A DNA stretch of 64,000 bases. It comes from Mobula hypostoma (taxonomy: Eukaryota). This document shows, in pieces, positions 1 through 11,830 of the stretch. Both the position numbers and the translations under genes were made by a program. The DNA is taken from positions 102,860,001 to 102,924,000 of the forward strand of contig NC_086107.1 of NCBI RefSeq assembly GCF_963921235.1. Direction: 5' to 3'. Position 1 is the first letter of the stretch, and each line of letters opens with the position of its first letter. Below the pieces are notes generated by a model. That model made no database searches and was not told where the DNA came from. It saw nothing but the letters and a program-made list of their open reading frames with translations.

Positions 1-242
1 AAGAAAACAATTAAAAAGAAAGACCAACTCCAGTGTCTACAGAGAAAGAAAAAAAACACAAATCACATAAACAATGGAAGCAACAACAAAAACATTCCGA
101 CCCAGACTGTGTCCTTTGATCCAAATCCCCGGCGTAGACCCAAAGCTAATCTTTTGGGCCGTGGGAGGAAAACCACATCAGAATCGGGTTCATTATCACC
201 AGCATGTGTCATGAAATTTGTTAACTTAGCAGCAGCAGTTCA

Positions 243-868
243 TAGTCATAGTCATACTTTATTGATCCCAGGGGAAATTGGTTTTCGTTACAGTTGCACC
301 ATAAATAATAAATAGTAATAGAACCATGAATAGTTAAATAGTAATACGTAAATTATGCCAGTAAATTATGAAATAGGTCCAGGACCAGCCTATTGGCTCA
401 GGGTGTCTGACCCCCCAAGGGAGGAGTTGTAAAGTTTGATGGCCACAGGCAGGAATGACTTCCTATGACGCTCTGTGCTGCATCTCGGTGGAATGAGTCT
501 CTGGCTGAATGTACTCCTGTGCCCACTCAGTACATTATGTAGTGGATGGGAGACATTGTCCAAGATGGCATGCAACTTGGACAGCATCCTCTTTTCAGAC
601 ACCACCGTCAGAGAGTCCAGTTCCAACCCCACAACATCACTGGCCTTACGAATGAGTTTGTTGATTCTGTTGGTGTCTGCTACCCTCAGCCTGCTGCCCC
701 AGCACACAACAGCAAACATGATCGCACTGGCCACCACAGACTCGTAGAACATCCTCAGCATCGTCCGACAGATGTTAAAGGACCTCAGTCTCCTCAGGAA
801 ATAGAGACGGCTCTGACCCTTCTTGTAGACAGCCTCAGTGTTCTTTGACCAGTCCAGTTTATTGTCAA
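243..868 (-). mobile_element. Rex1/Babar-like LINE 3' fragment nested in another LINE 3' end
   Basis: ORF 390-761 (FYESVVASAIMFAVVCWG..SHPLH..TERHRKSFLPVAIKLYN). AATAAA plus (TATGAC)n tail at 243-263. Host repeat (about 176-1100, similar to 17880-18160) is split here. Confidence 0.8.
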
Positions 869-1094
869 TTCAACACAATACATAACATAGAAGAGAAAAA
901 ATTAAAATAATAATAACAAATAAATAAATAAATAAATTACAGCATACGTACACCAAACAGATTAAAAATTGTGCAAAAACAGAAATAAAACATATTTAAA
1001 AAAGCAAGGTGGTGTTCAAGGATTCAAGGGTTCAAGGGTTCTAGGAATCGGACGGCAGAGGGGAAGAAGCTGTTCCTGAATCGCTGAGTGTGTG

Positions 1095-1198
1095 TATGGG
1101 CACAGGGGGAAGGTACAAATTCCTTACAGACAGCAGTGAAATTGAACCTGGATCACTGGCGCTGTAAAGCATACACTAACTGCTAGGCTACGGTGCCA
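1095..1198 (-). mobile_element. tRNA-derived SINE head (V-SINE/HE1-like)
   Basis: Reverse complement GGCACCGTAGCCTAGCAGTTAG...CCAGGTTCAATTTC (A and B boxes). Related copies at about 25640-25755 (+), 37236-37750 (+, interrupted), 56435-56680 (-) and 8130-8360 (-). Confidence 0.6.
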
Positions 1199-1798
1199 CC
1201 TCACGATGAACTGTGGATCTATCAAGCCAACTCATCAAGGTCCTGTTCACTATATCTGTCGACCTGCACCACACCTTCGCTGACACTACATTCCGTATTC
1301 TTTGCCCCTTTGTAGTAACGCAGCGTAGTTGTGTGTGCAATGATCTGCCCGAAGCAGTCAGGGCAGCGTGTTTGCCAATCGTTGGCTGCGGTCCGAACAA
1401 GGCCCCTATACTCCCTCCCTCTCTCTCTCTGTTTTGATGGAGAGTGACAGCCTGTCGCTCCTCAAGTCGTGGGGCTTGGAGAAGCGACGCGGAAGATTGT
1501 GACATCAGAACAGCGAGGTGCTGGCCTCCGCTCTCGTTGTTGCAGGAGCGACCTCTCTCTCCCTCGCTGGAGATACCAAAGGGCTGGGTTATGGACTGTA
1601 ACTTTTGATGGTCTCTGGATCAAGGTCTCTTTGGGGGGCTGGGGGGCTTCTGCTGTTTCTTGCATGGTGGGGGGGAGGGGGTGATGTTTTTGCTGCTGCT
1701 TGTGCGAACGGGGAGGGGGGCTTCAGCGCTTTGATGTTTCTATCATTCATTCTATGTGGTCTCCTGTTTCGTGGATGTTTGTGACGAGTACGAATTTC

Positions 1799-2064
1799 AT
1801 ATAACCATATAACAATTACAGCACGGAAACAGGCCATCTCAGCCCTTCTAGTCCGTGTCGAACTCTTACTCTCACCTAGTCCCACCGACCTGCACTCAGC
1901 CCATAACCCTCCATTCCTCTCCTGTCCATATAGCTATCCAATTTAACTTTAAACGACAACATCGAACCTGCCTCAACCACTTCTGCTGGAAGCTCGTTCC
2001 ACACAGCTACCACTCTCTGAGTAAAGAAGTTCCCCCTCATGTTACCCCTAAACTTTTGCCCTTT
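1799..2064 (-). mobile_element. CR1 3' fragment, same family as 22290-25025
   Basis: Near-identical to 22290-22555. Flanked by AATTTC at 1793-1798 and 2065-2070; interrupts another repeat (about 1400-2120). Confidence 0.85.
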
Positions 2065-2269
2065 AATTTCGGGTTGTATACTGAAGCATCCTCTGATATT
2101 AAATTAACTTTTGAAACTTTGAACGAAGTTTTTGCACTGTATCTCGGTACTTGGGACAATAATATCAGCCACAAGCAGTTTCTCTCTCTGCCTTTCATTT
2201 TCCTTCACCCCCACCCTGGGGCCAACTGCTCTTATTCACATCCCACTCAGGATTGCCTGTTTAGAACGG

Positions 2270-2830
2270 ATATAAAAGGACACTGGTAAGACCGCATGCA
2301 GTCTTGGGCCCCTTATCCAGGAAAGGATGTGCTGGCATTGGAGAAGGTCCAGATGAGGCTCAGAAGAATGATTTCGGGAATGGAAAGATTAACAGATGAG
2401 GAGCGTTTGATGTTTCTGGACTCGGACTTGCTGGAGTTTAAAAGAATGATGGGGGGCGGTGGGAATCTCATTGAAACCTATCAAATAATGAAAGGCCCAG
2501 ATGAATTAGACATGGAGAGAACGTTTCCTACAGTGGGAGAGTCTAGGACAAGAGGGCACAACCTCCGAATAGAAGGATGTCCCTTTAGAACAGAGATAAG
2601 AAAGACTTCCTTTAACCAGAGGGCGGTGAATCAGTGGAATTCATGACCACAGACAGCTGTGGACGCCAAGCCATCGGGTATACTTAAAGTGGAAGATGAA
2701 AGGTTGTTGATTAGAAAGGGTGTCAAGGGTTACGGGTTGAAAGCAGGAGAGTGGGGTTGAGCTGGGTAATAAATCAGCCATGACTAGGCCAAACAGCCTA
2801 ATTCTGCTCCTATTATGGCCTCATGGTCTA
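2270..2830 (+). mobile_element. CR1 3' fragment
   Basis: ORF 2296-2646 (QSWAPY..LEKVQ..ESRTRGHNLRIEG..FNQRAVNQWNS) is the CR1 ORF2 C-terminus. Confidence 0.85.
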
Positions 2831-3322
2831 ACACACAGGAGTAGGCCTCAGGTCTGACCCCACACTCAACATAACCATGGCTGATCTGCCTGAGGCTTCA
2901 TCTTCTCTGTTGTGGCAGTTCTCTCTTTCCTTCAGTATCTCTGTCCTTCACACCTGTCTGCCTCCACTTTAAATATATCTAAGCACCTGGCCTTCACCAC
3001 CATTCAGGGCAGAGCATTCTGGGGATACGCCACCAGCTGAAAGAGGAAACCTTGACGTGCCTTGGTTTTCGATGACTAGCCGCGCGTGCTGTAACTTCTC
3101 TCTGACGATCACCATCCTTTCGTGGTGAAGAGGCTTGAGAGTTCCTGAGGCCCCGAGGGTGATGCCGTCTGGAGAACAGCCGTTTGGCATGAGGCCCCTG
3201 GTCACGTGAGGCAGTAAGATCAAGGCCAAGGTTCCAGACAAAGAAGATCCAATCAAGGCCTCAGTGGTGGAGCTGGCATAAGATAATGACATGTCACAAT
3301 GGCATTGAAGACAGTACTTATC

Positions 3323-4500
3323 TTCACCACTACCTGTCTGTACCCATCTCCATGTACCTGTGTGTACCCATCTCCATGTACCTGTCTGTATTCATCTCTA
3401 TGTACCTGTCTGTATTCATCCCCACCAGCTACCTGTCTGTACCCATCTCCACGTACCTGTCTGTATTCACCTTCATGTATCTGTCTGTATTCATCTTCAT
3501 GTACCTATCTGTACCCATCTCCATGTACCTGTCTGTACCCATCTCCATGTACCTGTGTGTACCCATCTCCATGAACCTGTGTGTACCCATCTCCATGTAC
3601 CTGTTTGTATTCATCTCCATGTACCTGGCCGTATTCATCTCCATGTACCTGTCTGTATTCATCTCCACCAGCTACCTGTCTGTACCCATCTCTCCATGTA
3701 CCTGTCTGTATTCATCTCCATGTACCTGTCTGTACCCATCTCCATGTACCTGTCTGTATTCATCTCCATGTTCCTGTCTGTATTCATCTCCATGTACCTG
3801 TCTGTATTCATCTCCACCAGCTACCTGTCTGTATTCATCTCCATGTACCTGTCTGTATTCATCTCCATGTACTTGTCTGTATTCATCTCCACCAGCTACC
3901 TGTCTGTACCCATCTCCATGTACCTGTCTGTATTCATCTCCATGTACCTATCTGTACCCATCTCCATGTACCTGTCTGTACCCATCTCCATGTACCTGTG
4001 TGTACCCATCTCCATGAACCTGTGTGTACCCATCTCCATGTACCTGTTTGTATTCATCTCCATGTACCTGGCCGTATTCATCTCCATGTACCTGTCTGTA
4101 TTCATCTCCACCAGCTACCTGTCTGTACCCATCTCTCCATGTACCTGTCTGTATTCATCTCCATGTACCTGTCTGTACCCATCTCCATGTACCTGTCTGT
4201 ATTCATCTCCATGTTCCTGTCTGTATTCATCTCCATGTACCTGTCTGTATTCATCTCCATGTACCTGTCTGTATTCATCTCCATGTACTTGTCTGTATTC
4301 ATCTCCACCAGCTACCTGTCTGTACCCATCTCCATGTACCTGTCTGTATTCATCTTCACCAGCTACCTGTCTGTATTCATCTCCATGTACCTGTCTGTAC
4401 CCATCTCCATGTACCTGTCTGTATTCATCTTCACCAGCTACCTGTCTGTACCCATCTCCATGTACCTTCTGTACCCATCTTCACTACCTATCCGTCAGCT
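3323..4500. repeat. 24-bp minisatellite CATCTCCATGTACCTGTCTGTA(TT/CC), about 48 units, with a 443-bp higher-order duplication
   Basis: Direct reading. Rare variants ATGAACC (3571, 4014) and GGCC (3627, 4070) both recur at 443 bp. Confidence 0.95.
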
Positions 4501-5597
4501 CCATATTGTACTGATCTGTACTGATCTCATTTACCAGCACCGGGCATTAGTGAGGAAGGATTTTAGTTCTGAAAACTAAATAATATCGGCGTGGGTCAAA
4601 GCCAGAGACAGTATGGGCAGAAAATATTGCTGATATTTGCATATACCGACCCCAAAAGATGAAATGTTGGGCAGAGTATAACTCAGGACTTCAGAGGTGA
4701 AAGTAAAAAGGTTAATGAAATAACCATGGGAGATTTTAATCTGAGTAGGGACCAGGAGTCTGAGAATATTAATTCAGTGTGTGTTGAAGAGATAGATCTC
4801 TGGATCATTGTGTTGACAAACCAGTGATGCAAGAGACAATTTTAGATGCAGTCTAATGTTATGAGAAATGATTTATAGATGACCTGCAGCTTAGGGAGCA
4901 GGATTTAATATGATAGCATGTTATTATGAAGATTGAAACTGATCTAGTTCAATCCAACATCAAGGCTGTGAGTTTGCATACATCTAGCAAACTATTAAGG
5001 TATGAGATGCGAAGTTGGTAAGTTGGGAAAATTAATTAATAGGCATTATTGATGCATCTCTCCCCGCTGTTTGTATTCTATATGAGATACCTCAAGAAGC
5101 AACATCCATCATTGAAGATACCCACCATCCAAGCCATGTCATCTTCTCACAGCTACCATGGGGCTGGAGGAGCAGAAGTCCCGAAGACCCATAGCACCAG
5201 GTTTAAAACAGCTACTTCCCTTCAGCCGTCCGCTTCCTGAACCGATCAGCACAGCCCCACCACTACCTCAGTCTAGCAACACTGTCCTGAAGAAGGGTCT
5301 CGGCCCAAAACGCCGACTATCTATACATCTCCATAGATGCTGCCCGACCTGCTGAGTTCCTCTGGCTGTTGCTTTGGATTTCCAGCATCTGCAGAATCTC
5401 TTGTGTTTATAATCAGCAGCAGTATTGACCACTTCGATGTCGTTGCCCTACAATAGATTTTGTTTTTGGTTCTAATTGTATCCCTCCTTGTAAAAACACT
5501 AACAACAGGAATTCTGCAGATGCTGGAAATTCAAGTAACACACATCAAAGTTGCTGGTGAACGCAGCAGGCCAGGCAGCATCTGTAGGAAGAGGCGC

Positions 5598-5633
5598 AGT
5601 CGACGTTTCAGGCCGAGACCCTTCGTCAGGACT
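5598..5633 (-). ncRNA. Minimal hammerhead ribozyme (Penelope-like element terminus)
   Basis: Reverse complement reads AGTC CTGACGA AGGgtctcggCCT GAAA C GTC GACT; core intact. Confidence 0.75.
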
Positions 5634-5696
5634 AACTGAAGGAAGAGTGAGTAAGGGATTTTTACTTGCTCACTCTTACTAACTCTTCCTTCAGTT

Positions 5697-5732
5697 AGTC
5701 CTGACGAAGGGTCTCAGCCTGAAACGTCGACT
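5697..5732 (+). ncRNA. Minimal hammerhead ribozyme
   Basis: AGTC CTGACGA AGGgtctcagCCT GAAA C GTC^GACT; predicted cleavage after 5728. Confidence 0.75.
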
Positions 5733-6846
5733 GCACCTCTTCCTACAGATGTTGCCTGGCCTGCTGCGTTCACCAGCAACTTTGATGTGTGTTGCTTGTA
5801 AAAACGCTGTTTTTTTTTGTGAACACTGCTATGTGTCTGTGGCGCTGCAGCAAGTAAGTTTTTCTTTGAACCTGTGAATGCATGTACCCCAGCACATGAC
5901 CATAATCCTGATTTTGACATAAAGGAATTAACACATAATTTAACCTTAGCTGAATTGAGTACATTACAGACTGGGGGATAGATCTTCAAGTAGGAGTTAA
6001 TCTATTAAAAATGTACAAGTGTCCTGCCGAAGGGTTTCGGCCCAAAACATCGACTGTACTTTTTCCCATAGATGCTGCCTGGCCTGCTGAGTTCCTCCAG
6101 CACTTTGTGTGTGTTGTTTGGATTTCCAGCATCTGCAGATTTTTCTCTTGCTTGTTAAACATTGCTCTTTGGGCTAGACGGATGAAGGAACCTGGGAAAA
6201 AACTGGAACAGGGTACTGAAACTGGATAATTAGCCACGGTTATATACATCTCTCCATTACATTTGCTGTTTACATTTAAACTTTTGGATATATTTTTGCC
6301 ATATACATTTACAAGTTCCTCACATACATTCGCCATACTCGTCTCTGCACATAGTTGGCTCCCCTATACATAGAGTTAAGTGCACCAAGTTTCTGGGAGT
6401 TTACATCATGGATGACCTCATCTGGTTCCTCAATATCACTACCCTGAATAAGAAGGGAGAGCAGTGCCTCCACTTCCTGAGGAGATTGAGGAAAGCAGGC
6501 CCCCCTTCCCACCCCCAACTTAACTAAATTTTACAGGAGCACTGTTGAGAGCATCTTGACAAGTTACATCTCCGTCTGGTATGGAAGCAGCCGACCATCA
6601 GACCGGACATCCTTAAAAGGACTGTGAGAACAGCTGAGAAGATCAGAGCGATCTCCCTACCATCCACTGGGGACATTTATCAGGAGTGCTGTATACACAG
6701 AGCCCTTAGTAATATCAAGGATCCCTCCCACACATCCAGAATCCTCTTTGACTTTCTACCATCAGGCAGGAGACTCCAATGCATAAAGACAAGAACGGTC
6801 AGTATGGGAAACTATTTCCACCCTCAGGCCATTAGGCTTCTGAACT

Positions 6847-7483
6847 AGGCTCTGTCCGCCAGAGAAAGCAGGATCTCCCAGTGGCCACACATTTTAATTC
6901 CACATCCCATTCCCATTCTGATATGTCTATCCACGGCCTCCTCTACTGTAAAGATGAAGCCACACTCAGGTTGGAGGAACAACGCCTTATATTCCGTCTG
7001 GGTAGCCTCCAACCTGATGGCATGAACATCGACTTCTCTAACTTCCGCTAATGCCCACCTCCCCCTCGTACCCCATCCGTTATTTATTTATATACACACA
7101 TTCTTTCTCTCTCTCTCCTTTTTCTCCCTCTGTCCCTCTGACTATACCCCTTGCCCATCCTCTGGGCTTCCCCCCTCCCTCTTTGTCTTTCTCCCTGGGC
7201 CTCCCATCCCATGATCCTCTCATATCCCTTTTGCCTATCACCTGTCCAGCTCTTGGCTCCATCCCTCCCCCTCTTGTCTTCTCCTATCATTTTGGATCTC
7301 CCCCTCCCCCTTCCACTTTCAAATCTCTTACTATCTCTTCTTTCAGTTAGTCCTGACGAAGGGTCTCGGCCTGAAACGTCGACTGTACCTCTTCCTAGAG
7401 ATGCTGCCTGGCCTGCTGCGTTCACCAGCAACGTTTACGTGTGTTGTTTGAATTTCCAGCATCTGCAGATCTCCTCGTGTTTG
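6847..7483 (+). mobile_element. 5'-truncated Penelope-like retroelement (GIY-YIG C-terminus, 3' UTR, hammerhead terminus)
   Basis: 6851-7051 translates SVRQRKQDLPVATHFNSTSHSHSDMSIHGLLYCKDEATLRLEEQRLIFRLGSLQPDGMNIDFSNFR*. 13-bp TSD AGGCTTCTGAACT at 6834-6846 and 7484-7496. Confidence 0.85.
7349..7384 (+). ncRNA. Minimal hammerhead ribozyme
   Basis: AGTC CTGACGA AGGgtctcggCCT GAAA C GTC^GACT, about 300 nt downstream of the GIY-YIG ORF stop; predicted cleavage after 7380. Confidence 0.78.
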
Positions 7484-9213
7484 AGGCTTCTGAACTCTCT
7501 GCCGCATCACATTCAAAGTGTCATCGGATAACTTGTACTGTACCCTACAATATTTAATTTATCCACTTTACTTTGTTTATCTATGCACAATTCATTTATA
7601 GATGTAATTCTTACTTTCCTAAGTTGTTATGTGTTACATGTGTGTTATATATGTGTACTACCGTGCTTCACACCTTGGTCCGGAGAAAAATTGTCTCATT
7701 TGATGGTTTACATGTATATAGTTAAGTGACAATAAACTTGACTTGACTTGACATGTACATTTACAAATTCCTTATGCATTTAAATGTGTAAGGTGAGTAC
7801 AGTTGATGCCTGATGGTGAGACAGACTCAAAGGAGCAAAATGTCTACTCCTTCTATTTTCCACATTTCTGTGGGACTGAATTTATTTTGGACTAAGGAAA
7901 TGGAAGAAAAATCAAATAAGTCAGTTGCATCTGTTTTAATGGGGGGGGGGAAGCAGACAGAAAACCTCTCGAAAAAAGCACAGAACAATAGGCGGAGAGC
8001 GAGTGAGGAGTCAGAGGCTTGCGGCTAGGAACATGTCCTTTGGTCTCTCAGTACAAATACACATCTACATTTATCCCGAGCTAATCCCGCTTTACTTTCT
8101 CCACTTTCCCATCAACTCCGCACAAGTTCCATCACTTTCCTACGCACTAGGGAGATTTACTGTTAGCAATTAATCTCCTAACCTCGAGCAACACACAAAC
8201 ACACACACAGTGCTGAAGGAACTCAACAGGCCAGTCAGCATCTATGAGGAGACATTTCAGGCTAAGACCCTTCTTGTGTTTATAATCTACTAACCTGTTG
8301 AGTTTGGGATGTGGAGGAAACTAGAGCAACTGGGGGAAACCCAAGTAGTCACAGGAGGAGGCTTCGTCAATGGTGCCACACAAATAAATTTAACATTACT
8401 ATTCTTTATACTTTATACTTTATTGTCGCCAAACAATTGATACTAGAACGTACAATCATCACAGCGATATTTGATTCTGCGCTTCCCGCTCCCTGGATTA
8501 CAAAAACATAATTTAGGAGAAATTAATGGAGTTAAATAGGGAGAAGTCCTCACTATCAAATGACCTGCATCCTAATGTTTTGCAGTAAATGGCTATGAAG
8601 ATAACAGATGCTCTGGAATTGGAATTGGTTTACTATTGCCACATGTATGAGATACAGTGTAAAGCTTGCCCTGAATATGGTTCATACTGATCAAATCTTT
8701 ACACGGTGCATTGAGGTAGAACAAGGTAAGCAATAACAGAACGCAGAATAAAGTGTAACAGCTTCAGGGAAAGGGCAGTGGGGGCGGACAGTAAGGTGCA
8801 AGACAACAAGGTAGATTGTGAGCTCAAGAGCCCCACCTTGTACAAAGGAACCATCCAGAAGGCTTACACAGTGAGGAAGAAGATGTCCTTGAGCCCAGCT
8901 TCAGGCTTTTGTATCTTCTGCCAGATGGGAGAGGGGAGAAGGGAGAAAGTCTAGGGTATGAGGGATCTCTGATAATGCTGGCTGCTTTGGTTCAAGTTAG
9001 TCTCTTTCAGTTCCATGTTTTTTTTTCACATTCTGTGGTTTGGCCCATTCTTTTTTGTTGCTATTTGGTGTTATTCGTTAGTTTTTTTTTGGTGTGGGGG
9101 GATTGGGGTTTGGAGTTTAATGTTCTTGCCATTTGCACGATTTGTTTTTTTGCATGGGGGAGGGGGTTTGATGTTCTTGTTGCCGTTTGCATGATTTTTT
9201 TGTGTGGGGGGGT

Positions 9214-9440
9214 TAGTGTTGATGATCATATTGCCTTTTGTGAGATTTGTTTTTTTTAGTGGGGGGGTTAGTGTTGATGATCATATTGCCTTTTGTGAGA
9301 TTTGTTTTTTTTAGTGGGGGGGTAGTGTTGATGATCATATTGCCTTTTGTGAGATTTGTTTTTTTAGTGGGGGGGTAGTGTTGATGATCATATTGCCTTT
9401 TGTGAGATTTGTTTTTTTTAGTGGGGGGGTAGTGTTGATG
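9214..9440. repeat. About 54-bp tandem repeat, 4+ copies
   Basis: TAGTGTTGATGATCATATTGCCTTTTGTGAGATTTG(T)nAGT(G)n starting at 9214, 9269, 9323, 9376 and partially 9430. Confidence 0.9.
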
Positions 9441-9672
9441 TTTTTCTTTGGATGGCTTTCATGGTTTCCTTTGTTCCGTGGCTATCTGGAGAAGATAAAT
9501 CTCCGAGTTGTATACCACAGACATACTTTGATAATAAATGAACATTTGAACATTTATTAAAGCAGTGAGAAATGTAGGCAGAGTACATGGACGGGAGGCG
9601 AGTAGCCATAACTTTCTGCAGTTTCTTGTGTCATGTGCAGAGCAGTTGCCATACCAGGATGCTTTTTATAAT

Positions 9673-10580
9673 TGTTACGAGAATACACATAAAATTAAGA
9701 TGTTTGCTGGCCTGGGCTAGCATCAGTGGCATCAGCAGTTGGTCTGCCACCTGCCCTCAGGGGAAGGAGAGATAAGGAACAATGGAGCAGCGTCTGGAGA
9801 TGTGTAATGAAGGGATGTGGGAGAGAGAGCTGTCTGGAGCGGCTCCCCCCTTTGAACCCTGAACTGTTTGAAGTGATGGACAGGCGATACCCCAGCAGGG
9901 GGATAAAAAGGGACAGGTTCGCTAAGACAGACACACACGCCACCCGAGGTAACGAGACCCTGGAAGCGGTGTGCCTCTCACGAGTGGGTGAGAAGTGCCA
10001 GACAACGACAAGGGTGGAAAGGTACGATCAGCGGGAACCCGGTGTGTGTCCGCCCTTGCCTGGGTGCCGGGTTCACTGCAGAGGATCGACCGCATCTGGA
10101 GGAGGGGTCACAGTCGGTGACCTCAGGTGACATCACCAAGGACCCGCCCAAAAGCTGTTTGTGAGCCATCTCGCTGGTCTGTGAGTGAAGCAGTGTTCTG
10201 AATGATCAGTTGTTCCTATTCTATCTCTCTCTCCCCCCACGTTATCCCTCGCCATGGCAACGATTACTGCTTCTATCTCTCTCTCCCCCCACGTTATCCC
10301 TCGCCATGGCAACGATTACTGCGAACTGAACTGGACTGAACTTTGAGTCATTTTGAAATTTGGTCATTTACCCCCTAGACAACGATAGAGCTTGATTGAT
10401 GCTGTTATCTTAATTCTGTGCACATGTGTGGTTATCATTGTTGAATTGTTGCATTTATTATCCTTTCGATTACTGTGTTGCTTGTTTCTTTAATAAAACT
10501 TTCTTAGTTCTAGTACTCCAGACTCCAACTGAGTGATCCATTTCTGCTGGTTTGGCAACCCAGTTACGGGGTACGTAACA
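9673..10580 (+). mobile_element. Solo LTR (908 bp, probably Gypsy-type)
   Basis: Termini TGTTACG...CGTAACA (7-bp inverted repeat, TG..CA). Flanks TAAT/TAAG are a 4-bp TSD with one mismatch. AATAAA at about 10492. Interrupts a LINE. Confidence 0.8.
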
Positions 10581-11429
10581 TAAGGCATCAATAAAAGTTT
10601 GTAAGAATCAGCAAGGGCACGCTAAGTTTTAGCCTGTTCAGGAACTGGAGGCGTGGGTGAGCTTTCTTGGCCATGGTGTCTACATGGCTGGACCAGGACA
10701 GGCTATGGTTATTAGTAATGATCCCTCCTATGGACTTAAAGCTCTCAGTCCTCTTGATGTCAGACCATTGATGGAGCATGTGAACCCCCGCCCCCCGACC
10801 TTCCTAAGGTCTATGGCCAGCTCTTTGGTTTTGCTGACATTGAGGGAAAGGTTGTTATCATGACACCATGTTCCCAAGCTCTCTATCTCCTTCCTGTACT
10901 CTGACTCATCGTTATTTGAGATGCGCCCCACTACGGTCATATTATCTGCAAACTCGTAGGTGGAGTGAGAGCAGAATCTGTTCCCTCAGATATGAACGTT
11001 CAGGGAACAGGGTAGGAGGCTGAGTATGCAGCCTTGATGAGACGGTTTCCAAAATTCCAGGGATTCTGCAACGAATCCCACAGATTGAAATGCTCACTAC
11101 TTAAAGGAGGAAGAGAGAAAATGGGGAATGATAGACTAGAGAGTAACAAATTTGCAGTTGATATGTCCTGATGAAGGGTCTCGGCCGGAAACACCAACTC
11201 CTTATTCCTCTCCATAGATGCTGCCCGACCTGCTGAGTTCCTCCATCATTTTGGAATTCTAATATCTACAGAATCTCTTGTGCTTATGAACCTTACATCA
11301 ATGGTAGGAGAAATGTTGGAACCTATGAAGGAAATAGTAATAGAGGCCTTCGGAAATCAATAGGATTGGGTAAAATCATCATGATTATGTCTTGGCTGTA
11401 AAACCTATTGACGTTACTAAGGATATAAT

Positions 11430-11830
11430 GAGCCCAGCAGGTAAAAGTGTGGGTGGCGAGGTGGAGATACGTCTCTACCAAAGGAGGTGGAAGGTGCTCC
11501 TTCCCTTCGCTAGCCTGCAGGTCACCCTTGGGCAAAGTGTAGCACTTGCTTAACCCCTGCCCACTCAATCAGGATCACATGAAGCCATTGAAGCAGGTAG
11601 TGGGGTGGTCGTATGAGTAGCTGGTGCAGATCACAAGCCTTGGCTATGCGACCACTGACACCAGGCAGACAATCTCCGAAGAGTATTGGTAACGGCTGGG
11701 GTCACCCGTCTTGTAACAACTCTGCCCAGAAGAAGGCGATGGCAAACCACTTCTGTAAACAAAATTGCCAAGAACAATTATGGGAGACCATGATCGCCTA
11801 CGTCATACGACACGGCGCGTAATAATGATG
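11430..11830 (+). mobile_element. RTE-related non-autonomous element or SINE
   Basis: GAAGGCGATGGCAAACCACTTC resembles the RTE/BovA-type motif; (ATG/TAA)n-like tail. Confidence 0.45.

Larger units (their letters stand above)
5501..5794. mobile_element. Penelope-like fold-back insertion (two inverted terminal segments)
   Basis: Inverted arms 5532-5655 and 5675-5798 with about 5 mismatches. TSD CTTGTAAAAACACT (5487-5500) / CTTGTAAAAACGCT (5795-5808). Confidence 0.8.
6340..7752 (+). mobile_element. Rex1/L2-like LINE 3' fragment (host of the 6847-7483 insertion)
   Basis: RTAEKI..IKDPSH..FDFLPSGRRL..FHPQAIRLLN; AATAAA plus (CTTGA)n tail at about 7731-7752. Confidence 0.7.
8620..10980 (-). mobile_element. 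Rex1/L2-like LINE relic split by a solo LTR and another repeat
   Basis: RT C-terminal piece TVVGRISNNDESEYRKEIESLGTWCHDNNLSLNVSKTKELAIDLRK (10728-10940); further pieces at about 9560-9670 and 8620-8990. Confidence 0.65.

Noticed and set aside
1095..1198. tRNA gene
   Set aside because: A and B boxes are present but there is no cloverleaf; it continues into SINE body sequence and has several decayed copies.
3323..4500. CRISPR-like array
   Set aside because: There are no unique spacers and no cas genes, and the context is eukaryotic. The same applies to 9214-9440.
3286..4579. Long ORFs (243-384 aa) rich in Cys/His/Met
   Set aside because: They are translations of the 24-bp minisatellite, open in several frames on both strands, with no splice or promoter support.
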